Positions 57,814 through 64,000 of a stretch of DNA of 64,000 bases are shown piece after piece (position 1 is the first letter of the stretch; every line of letters begins with the position of its first letter). The notes beneath the pieces are model-generated. The model ran no database searches. It saw only the letters and a list, made by a program, of their open reading frames with translations, and was not told the DNA's origin. Source of the stretch: an uncultured Flavobacteriaceae bacterium (GTDB taxonomy: Bacteria; Bacteroidota; Bacteroidia; Flavobacteriales; Flavobacteriaceae); the NCBI GenBank assembly GCA_964582005.1, contig CAZOQL010000001.1, positions 236-64,235 of the forward strand, read 5' to 3'. A program made the translations under genes and the position numbers.

Positions 57814-58203
57814 TTATACGTTTTTAGTAATACTGTTTGCAATTTCTTGCATTGCTTCTTTAGTAAAGTTTTCTTTTTTAGAAAATTGAATATCTTCCAT
57901 GGCTTGCAATGGTATTAAGTGCACATGAACATGCGGCACTTCTAAACCAATAATACTCATGCCGATACGTTTACACGGAATTGTTTTTTCTAAAGCCAAC
58001 GCTATTTTTTTAGAAAAAGTAAATAACTTATTATAAGTGTTTTCATCCAAATCAAACAATTTATTCACTTCCTTTTTAGGCACAACCAATGTATGTCCTT
58101 TTGCGTTGGGGTTTACATCTAAAAACGCAATAAAATCAGCATCTTCAGCAATTTTAAAACAAGGAATTTCTCCTTTAATTATTTTAGTAAAAATAGATGC
58201 CAT
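57814..58203 (-). CDS. HIT family hydrolase
   Basis: HVHVHLIP histidine triad. 129 aa. Confidence 0.9.
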   Translation of the reverse strand: MASIFTKIIKGEIPCFKIAEDADFIAFLDVNPNAKGHTLVVPKKEVNKLFDLDENTYNKLFTFSKKIALALEKTIPCKRIGMSIIGLEVPHVHVHLIPLQAMEDIQFSKKENFTKEAMQEIANSITKNV

Positions 58204-58676
58204 TATCTAGAGATATTAATTATTTCTAATTTCATTATTCCTGCAGGAACAGTTATCTCAGCAATATCACCAACTTTTTTACCTAGTAAACCTTTACCAA
58301 TTGGTGAATTTATAGATATTTTTCCATTTTTAATATCGGTCATTGCATCCGCTACAAGCATATATTCAAATTCCATTTTATTATCAATATTCTTGATTTT
58401 AACTTTTGATAAAGCCAATACTTTAGTCAAATCTAATTTTGATTCGTCTATTAAACGTGCGTTTGCAACCACGTTTTTTAATTGTGCAATTTTAAATTCT
58501 AAATGTGATTGCTCTTCTTTTGCTGCATGATATTCTGCATTTTCACTCAAATCTCCTTTATCTCTTGCTTCGGCAATATCTTTAGTAACACGTGGTCTGT
58601 CTACTTGTTCAAATTGCTCTAATTCTGCTCTTAATTCTTTTAAGCCTTCTTTCGTATAATAAGATACTTTACTCAT
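58203..58676 (-). CDS. greA: Transcription elongation factor GreA
   Basis: 157 aa. ARDKGDLSENAEYHAAKEEQ coiled-coil tip with acidic residues, and C-terminal SPIGKGLLGKKVGD. Confidence 0.95.
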   Translation of the reverse strand: MSKVSYYTKEGLKELRAELEQFEQVDRPRVTKDIAEARDKGDLSENAEYHAAKEEQSHLEFKIAQLKNVVANARLIDESKLDLTKVLALSKVKIKNIDNKMEFEYMLVADAMTDIKNGKISINSPIGKGLLGKKVGDIAEITVPAGIMKLEIINISR

Positions 58677-58717
58677 AATCTTTTAAATTTAATAATAACT
58701 AGTAGCCATTTAACATA

Positions 58718-58754
58718 AAAATCTCAAATCCATATTGTTAGTGGATTGAGATTT
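58718..58754 (-). terminator. Terminator-like hairpin in the predicted greA leader
   Basis: The - strand reads AAATCTCAATCCA-c taacaat a-TGGATTTGAGATTT (one bulged U), followed by TTAT. It sits between the -7 box at 58761-58768 and ATG 58676. Confidence 0.45.
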
Positions 58755-58760
58755 AAAATG

Positions 58761-58768
58761 CAAATATA
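58761..58768 (-). promoter_or_regulatory. Candidate -7 box for greA
   Basis: The reverse strand reads TATATTTG, with 84 nt to ATG 58676. It lies between the upstream gene's terminator and the leader hairpin. Confidence 0.4.
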
Positions 58769-58800
58769 CTATATTATTATAAAAAAAGAAGTGTAAAACG

Positions 58801-58830
58801 AAAAAACAGCCTTTAAAAAGCTGTTTTTTT
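58801..58830 (-). terminator. Terminator of the DOMON-like T9SS cargo gene
   Basis: The - strand reads ACAGC-loop-GCTGT, followed by TTTTTTCGTTTT. It starts 6 nt after the stop at 58836. Confidence 0.6.
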
Positions 58831-58835
58831 ATAAT

Positions 58836-59609
58836 TTATTCTTTAATTAATTTTTGTATTCCAAATGCGCCATCTACGCTATTGGTAATTTTAATTACAT
58901 AAATACCTCGTTCAAGGTTAGAAATATGTAAAGAATTGTGTGTATCGGTTAAATCTATCGTTTTTACTTTTCTTGCTAAAACATCAAAAATTTCCATTTT
59001 AGCATTATCTAAATTACTTGGTAAAACAACATTTAAAATAGCATTGGAAGGGTTTGGATACATAGCAAATTGTAACTGTTTCTGGTTTCCTAAACCTAAA
59101 ACTGAATTTAGCACAGTTGTACCTTTGTTATTCCCACCGTGATAAGCTAAGGAAGTACTTGCAGTGCCTCCTCTTGCCCAAATTACAGAAATAGAAGCTG
59201 GTAAATTTACAAAAACATAATCATTAGTTTCGCCCGTATTTAAAGCTCTTGTAGCTATAATAGTACGTTGCATACCTGTTACTATATTTGAAGAAATTGT
59301 CCAATCTTGGTTTGCATCAATACTTGGCGCACTTTGTCCTGTTAAAAATCTATCGGTCATACCAGAAGATTCAAAAACAAAAGCATCTGGTGTACTACTC
59401 ATACTGGAGCCTCCAAAACCAACTGCCAACCATCTATCCGAAGGCCCTGTTAAAGTAAGGGTAACATCCGAAGCATTAGTTTCAACTTGTACTGCCATTT
59501 GCAGGCCCGAAGTGTTGCTTAAAACAACTGTTCCTGTAGTGTGAGTTTGTGCCGTTAATGTAAAAATACCTAGTAACAAACTAAGTAATAATAAAGTAAT
59601 TTTTTGCAT
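58836..59609 (-). CDS. Secreted DOMON-like domain protein with T9SS C-terminal sorting domain
   Basis: Signal peptide. WLAVGFGG...MSSTPDAFVF...DR is a DOMON-like pattern. The C-terminal YPNPSNAILNV...FDVLARKV...LERGIYVIKI...QKLIKE is a Por_Secre_tail pattern. Confidence 0.6.
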   Translation of the reverse strand: MQKITLLLLSLLLGIFTLTAQTHTTGTVVLSNTSGLQMAVQVETNASDVTLTLTGPSDRWLAVGFGGSSMSSTPDAFVFESSGMTDRFLTGQSAPSIDANQDWTISSNIVTGMQRTIIATRALNTGETNDYVFVNLPASISVIWARGGTASTSLAYHGGNNKGTTVLNSVLGLGNQKQLQFAMYPNPSNAILNVVLPSNLDNAKMEIFDVLARKVKTIDLTDTHNSLHISNLERGIYVIKITNSVDGAFGIQKLIKE

Positions 59610-59612
59610 ATT

Positions 59613-60128
59613 TTAAGGTTTTAAAAGTTTAATTATTTCTATATTTTTATTTTGAATAGCATAATCTAATGCTGTTTTTTTATTAGCATCTTTTAAGTTT
59701 AAATTTGGTTTTAAAGCCATTATCATGGTAACAATTTCTTTATTATTAAAAATACAAGCATAGTGTAATGCCGTTGTGCCTTTTTGATCCGAAATTATCG
59801 GATTAGCTCCGTGGTTTAATAATAGTTTAACAATATCTTTATTTCCTTTATATGTTGCTGCCATCATTGCAGTTCCCATAGGGCTTAAAATATTAACATC
59901 TGCTTTTTGGGTTAATAAATACATAACAATATCTTTATTATTAGCATAACTTGCTAAAATCAATGGTGTAAATCCAGCGTCGTTTTTAGTGTTAATTAGT
60001 TGGTTATCTGTTTTAATAACCTTTTCCATTAAAGGAATAGAGCCTTCTCTTGCAATATCAAAAATAGTTTCTTGTGATAAAAATACTATTGAATACAAAA
60101 GAAGAATACCTGTAATTATTTTTTTCAT
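59613..60128 (-). CDS. Secreted ankyrin-repeat protein
   Basis: Signal peptide. Repeated G.TPL..A......IV..LL..GA motifs (4 repeats). Confidence 0.8.
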   Translation of the reverse strand: MKKIITGILLLYSIVFLSQETIFDIAREGSIPLMEKVIKTDNQLINTKNDAGFTPLILASYANNKDIVMYLLTQKADVNILSPMGTAMMAATYKGNKDIVKLLLNHGANPIISDQKGTTALHYACIFNNKEIVTMIMALKPNLNLKDANKKTALDYAIQNKNIEIIKLLKP

Positions 60129-60240
60129 TATTTACAGTAATATAATAATTTTAGTGATTTATTATAAATTTAACACTCTTTATATAAAGTTATCGTTTTA
60201 AAAAGAGAGAAAATGTTCCTAATAGTTTACTTTTACACAT

Positions 60241-60651
60241 ATGAAATATCTAGTTTCTTTATTGTTTTTACTCTACTTTTCATCTTGTGATAGCGATACT
60301 GTGGACACTTCTTTTTTGCCAAATGTACCTGTAAATGTGCAAATTAATTTGAATTTGCCAGAATATCAAAATCTACTCATTGGTGGTGGATTTTCTTATG
60401 CAAATGGCGGCATTCGAGGGCTTATTATTTATAATTCAGGCTTAGGCTATGTTGCTTTTGATAGAGCTTGCCCGCATATTACACTACAAACCTGTTCTAC
60501 TATGGATGTCGAAAGTATCTTTATGGTTTGTCCTTGTGATAATGAACGTTTTCAAATTAATGATGGCGCTCCTGAAAATGGTAACATTTTACAGGCAGCA
60601 CGCTATTATAATGTTACCAAAAGCGGTAATATTTTAACTATTTCTAGTTAA
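60241..60651 (+). CDS. Lipoprotein with degenerate Rieske-like domain
   Basis: Lipobox LYFSSC. RACPH...x17...CPCDNERF resembles Rieske CxH...CxxH, but the second His is Asp. Confidence 0.45.
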   Translation: MKYLVSLLFLLYFSSCDSDTVDTSFLPNVPVNVQINLNLPEYQNLLIGGGFSYANGGIRGLIIYNSGLGYVAFDRACPHITLQTCSTMDVESIFMVCPCDNERFQINDGAPENGNILQAARYYNVTKSGNILTISS

Positions 60652-61653
60652 TTATTTTACATAATCTTTACAAACATCGGTGATTGTAGCCTCTAAACTT
60701 TCAAATGTAAAAGGTAAAGAATCAATAATTTTAGCAGAAGAATATGTGTACTTACTTAAAGATGCACTAGCGGAATGCTTTGTAATTAATGGCGTTTTTC
60801 TGGTAAAAAAACTTTTAATACTTTCTAATCGCCAAGCAATAGTACTTAGTGTTTTGGTTACTTTTATAGTTGGCCTTTTTTTAGTAAATGCATCGGTAAT
60901 TTTAAAAAATACATTTTTAAAAGAACTGTTTTCAGAAACTAAAATAAATCGTTCGTTTTTTATATCACTTTCCATCAATAAAGTCATTATTTTGACTACA
61001 TCTTTCACGCCAACAAAACCCGTAATTCCTTCGGTATAAAATTTAAAACCAGTATAAAATTTGGTAAACAATTCTCCTGGACCGTTTTGCCAAAAACCCG
61101 ATCCTAAAATAACACCTGGGTTTACAATGACTACTTCTAAACCTTCTTGAGTAGCACGCCAAACTTCCATTTCGGCACCATATTTTGTTATGGCGTAACC
61201 GTAATTATTCGTTTCAGTATTCCATTCGTTAGTTTCATCAATAAGTGTGTTATTTAGGTTTTTTTCTATAGTAGCAATAGAACTTACAAAACAAAATTTA
61301 GTGATATTATTTGCTAAAGAAAGATTCACCATATTGGCTGTTCCTTCAATATTGATATGGCGCATTTTTTTGTAATCTCGCTTATCAAAAGATACGATTG
61401 CGGCACAATGATACACATGAGTAACGTCTATAAAAACTTTTTCAAGTGCTGGCACATCGGTAACATCGGCTTCTAGCCATTCAATTTTTTGAAATAATTT
61501 TTCATAAGTATCCGTATAATAACTAAATACTTTTTTAACAACTTTTAAATTGCTGTTTTTTCTATGAATAGCTCTTATTTTATCTTCTTTTAAAGCTAAT
61601 TGATACAATAAATGCGAGCCTACCAAACCTGTGCCTCCTGTTACTAAAATCAT
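60652..61653 (-). CDS. NAD-dependent epimerase/dehydratase (SDR) family protein
   Basis: MILVTGGTGLVGSHL Rossmann motif and the YAITKYGAE catalytic YxxxK. ATG 61653 is preferred over TTG 61668. Confidence 0.8.
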   Translation of the reverse strand: MILVTGGTGLVGSHLLYQLALKEDKIRAIHRKNSNLKVVKKVFSYYTDTYEKLFQKIEWLEADVTDVPALEKVFIDVTHVYHCAAIVSFDKRDYKKMRHINIEGTANMVNLSLANNITKFCFVSSIATIEKNLNNTLIDETNEWNTETNNYGYAITKYGAEMEVWRATQEGLEVVIVNPGVILGSGFWQNGPGELFTKFYTGFKFYTEGITGFVGVKDVVKIMTLLMESDIKNERFILVSENSSFKNVFFKITDAFTKKRPTIKVTKTLSTIAWRLESIKSFFTRKTPLITKHSASASLSKYTYSSAKIIDSLPFTFESLEATITDVCKDYVK

Positions 61654-61922
61654 TTGGCTAAAATACAAAAAGGAAGAGAGTTAATATTGATGCTCATAAA
61701 AATAATTTCAACGTAAAAAAATAGTGTTTTGGAAAGGTGCAAGTATTATTTTTTGAGTCTTTAATTTCAACTTAGCTAACCCGTATTGGATAATTTTGTT
61801 TTACGATTATATATACGTAGTTGCGGACTTTAAACACTATAAATTTCGGTTTAAAACTAAACTTTATAAAAGATACTAACTTTGAATTTAGCACTAAAAC
61901 TGCAATTACCGTATATATTTTG

Positions 61923-62945
61923 TTATGCACCGATTTTGATAATTTTTTTATTGAATATATTTCCTTTTTTTGTCATAATTCTAACAAAATATATTCCTTT
62001 TTTAGTATTAGATAAATCTATTGTACTTCTATTTGTTTGTAAAATAATTTTACCTAAAAGGTCATAAATAATTACTTTTTTTAACTTGTTATTGCTATTA
62101 GTTCCAATATTTAAAATGTCTTTTATAGGATTTGGATAGATTAAGAAGTCATTTTCTATATTTGTATCTTCTATCACCAATGCTTCACATTCATCTTCAG
62201 TTTCAACAAAGTTACTATTACTATCAATAGTTAGCCAATTTGTTTGGCTATACTGAGCGTCATCTACATAAATACAAGTTAAATTTGGTGAACCTAATGT
62301 ATTAAATTGTGTTATAATTGTGTTATTACCATTTCTTAAATCTATTGATGTAAGAGTTTGATTATTTATACAGGCTATCCTTTCAATATTTAAGTTTGAT
62401 GTGAAATCTAAATTATTCAATACATTATTTATACAACCAAAATATTTTAAATTACTCAAGTAGGTTAGACTTATACTTGATAGATTATTACTACTAATTT
62501 GTAACTTCTCTAAATTCACATTATTAGCACTAGAAATAAATGTACTTATATAATTATTGTAACATATTATTCTTTTCAATAAATGATTATTACTTATGTC
62601 TAAAGATGTTAAATCATTATTTTCACAACTCAATTCTCTTAATTGTAAATTTTGGCTAATATTTAAATTAGTTAAGTGATTATTAAAACAATATAATTCT
62701 TCTAAAGCTGTAAAATCTTCAATACCTGTTAAATCATAAATATTACAATCGTAATGTACAGCGTCTAATATTGTGATGTTTTCTATATCACTTGTTAATA
62801 TTTGCCCATCATAATTCCCTAAAGTGTCTATGCCATTTTGTATAAGTATATATTCAAAGCAAAAATCTGGTATTGCAGTATATTGGGCTTGTACAGGCCC
62901 AATATTTGCAATAAATAATACTATTAGTATTTTAATTATTTTCAT
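61923..62945 (-). CDS. Secreted leucine-rich-repeat protein with T9SS C-terminal sorting domain
   Basis: Signal peptide MKIIKILIVLFIANIGPVQAQ. About 9 LxxLxCxNNxLTxLD repeats. C-terminal YPNPIKDILNI...IYDLLGKII...KKGIYFVRI. An alternative ATG at 62978 cannot be excluded. Confidence 0.75.
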   Translation of the reverse strand: MKIIKILIVLFIANIGPVQAQYTAIPDFCFEYILIQNGIDTLGNYDGQILTSDIENITILDAVHYDCNIYDLTGIEDFTALEELYCFNNHLTNLNISQNLQLRELSCENNDLTSLDISNNHLLKRIICYNNYISTFISSANNVNLEKLQISSNNLSSISLTYLSNLKYFGCINNVLNNLDFTSNLNIERIACINNQTLTSIDLRNGNNTIITQFNTLGSPNLTCIYVDDAQYSQTNWLTIDSNSNFVETEDECEALVIEDTNIENDFLIYPNPIKDILNIGTNSNNKLKKVIIYDLLGKIILQTNRSTIDLSNTKKGIYFVRIMTKKGNIFNKKIIKIGA

Positions 62946-64000
62946 TTTTATAAATTGTTTTTTGGATTTTATTTCCATTTATTGTCGTCTTTTCAATAAA
63001 ATGATATTTATTATTTTCTAAATTTTGCTCTAAATTAGGGTCAGATGCTTCTTGATTATTAAATTCTCTTTGATTTGAATATGGACTACCTAAATTCTCT
63101 TTTGAGATTGTTGTAACTCTTCTAAACGATACAGTTTCACAAGCCATCCAACTATTGTGATAAGCATCACTAAATTTAACAATCCCAATAGAGAGGTTTG
63201 ATAAATAATCATAAGCATCAATGTTAAAATCATTAACATCTAGAAATAAAGGGTCTATTTGATTAATTTTAAGAACTCTAAATCTCCCTTGGTCTACAAC
63301 ATATGGTAAATCATTTTTAGAAAAACTAAAATCTAAATCAGAAGACATAAATCCAAACTCATAATCAAACCCTGGTTGAAAATAATTAAAAAAGGTACCA
63401 TCTCTCCATTTGCATTCTTCCGCTGTACCATCACCATTATCTGTAATAGTACTGTTTTCGTCTGAAACAGTTGTAACATATTTAGATTTATATGGTTCAT
63501 ATAAAGAAGGCATATTCGTTGTTCTTTGCATAATATTTGGGTCATTTAGAATCGTTTCTCTCATTTTAATTCCTTGACCAGTAGTTAATTCAGCTCTTAC
63601 AAAGTTAGGGTTAGTTACATAAGACATTACGTTTCTAAAACTAGCATCAATATATGGCGTTCCGGTTTGGTCAACAATATCTGGATGTTCCAAATAAGTT
63701 ATAACATCGTTTTCTATATCATAACAATAGTTTTCTGTTCCACGATAAAAAGAAGCAGGTGTGTCTGTAACCTCATCACCAGCAGTGTCTGCATTATAGT
63801 CTAGGATGTTGTTAATATCTCTTGTTACATTTTCAGCTATAGGATACAAATTTGAGCCTGGTGCATTTGGTGGCCAAAATCTAGGTGTATTTAATTCATC
63901 TCTCGTTTCTATTGTTTCATCAGCTGTACAAAGAGTATTATTAATGCAATAATCTGTGCTTGAAGTTGAATAACAGGTAGTTGTATATCTTGTGCCTCTA
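62932..64000 (-). CDS. Partial secreted protein with M43 (cytophagalysin/pappalysin)-like segment but no HExxH; the 5' end is outside the window
   Basis: The frame stays open from 63849 to 64000 by my translation (...CINNTLCTADETIETRDELNTPRFWPPNAPGSNLYPIAEN...). GDEVTDTPA, FRNVMSY and TTGQGIKMRE resemble the M43 GD.V.DTP / NYMDY / FT.GQ..RM motifs. The position where HExxHxxGxxH is expected reads AENVTRDINNI. Confidence 0.4.
   Translation of the reverse strand, partial: RGTRYTTTCYSTSSTDYCINNTLCTADETIETRDELNTPRFWPPNAPGSNLYPIAENVTRDINNILDYNADTAGDEVTDTPASFYRGTENYCYDIENDVITYLEHPDIVDQTGTPYIDASFRNVMSYVTNPNFVRAELTTGQGIKMRETILNDPNIMQRTTNMPSLYEPYKSKYVTTVSDENSTITDNGDGTAEECKWRDGTFFNYFQPGFDYEFGFMSSDLDFSFSKNDLPYVVDQGRFRVLKINQIDPLFLDVNDFNIDAYDYLSNLSIGIVKFSDAYHNSWMACETVSFRRVTTISKENLGSPYSNQREFNNQEASDPNLEQNLENNKYHFIEKTTINGNKIQKTIYKNENN

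Noticed and set aside
1-64000. Window-wide search for mobile elements, CRISPR arrays, rRNA/tRNA genes, toxin-antitoxin pairs or known defence-gene signatures
   Set aside because: I recognised no transposase, integrase, recombinase, cas, reverse-transcriptase, restriction-nuclease or phage structural motifs in any of the supplied translations. No GC-rich cloverleaf-capable intergenic segments were seen. The region appears to be conserved core genome.

Overview
This is a strongly AT-rich chromosomal segment that reads as a Flavobacteriia (Bacteroidota) core-genome region. It holds about 65 tightly packed protein genes. I found no rRNA, tRNA, CRISPR array, transposase, integrase or phage gene. 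Lineage markers are T9SS C-terminal sorting domains on secreted proteins, PorT-like and DUF5103/T9SS-plug-like proteins, Na+-NQR, and TAnnTTTG -7 promoter boxes in front of many genes. Left to right the window contains: ahcY (partial), a PPTase, a GNAT, a PcrB/GGGPS-family prenyltransferase, tsaB, a blaI/blaR-like repressor-sensor pair plus a TPR protein, a GH3-family enzyme, an M23 peptidase, two tandem PD40/OmpA paralogs, nadD, gmk, yicC, an EamA transporter, sodA, lpxH, queD, kbl, a SulP transporter, a Pif1-type helicase, a methyltransferase, lpdA, infB-nusA-rimP, UspA, an ATL/MGMT-like protein, trmB, upp, kbp/lysM, nqrFEDCBA, hflX, an EEP nuclease, dprA, glpQ-glpT-glpD, a short ssb, a PaaE-like reductase, a PorT-like protein, ubiE/menG, queA, rluB, a HIT protein, greA, and a right-end cluster of secreted proteins (DOMON-like, ankyrin, Rieske-like, LRR, M43-like). 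I do not see a convincing novel multi-gene system such as a defence island, BGC or mobile element, and I say so rather than force one. The signals that ordinary annotation does not explain are small and mostly non-coding. (1) A family of AGAC/CTAGA-core 7-nt and 14-nt tandem repeats sits at junctions between genes, including an inverted array that fills an unusual 139-bp spacer between nqrE and nqrF. (2) Terminator-type hairpins lie inside the predicted leaders of rimP-nusA-infB and greA. (3) Three AACTAA-N4-TTAGTT operators surround the blaI-like promoter. (4) Two terminators 10 kb apart have identical stems. (5) Several proteins have degenerate or truncated domains: a WYL-family N-domain-only regulator, an M43-like protein without HExxH, a Rieske-like protein with His to Asp, an ATL with Cys to Ala, and a tail-less SSB. 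All functional calls come from motif recognition in the supplied translations. No database search was run.
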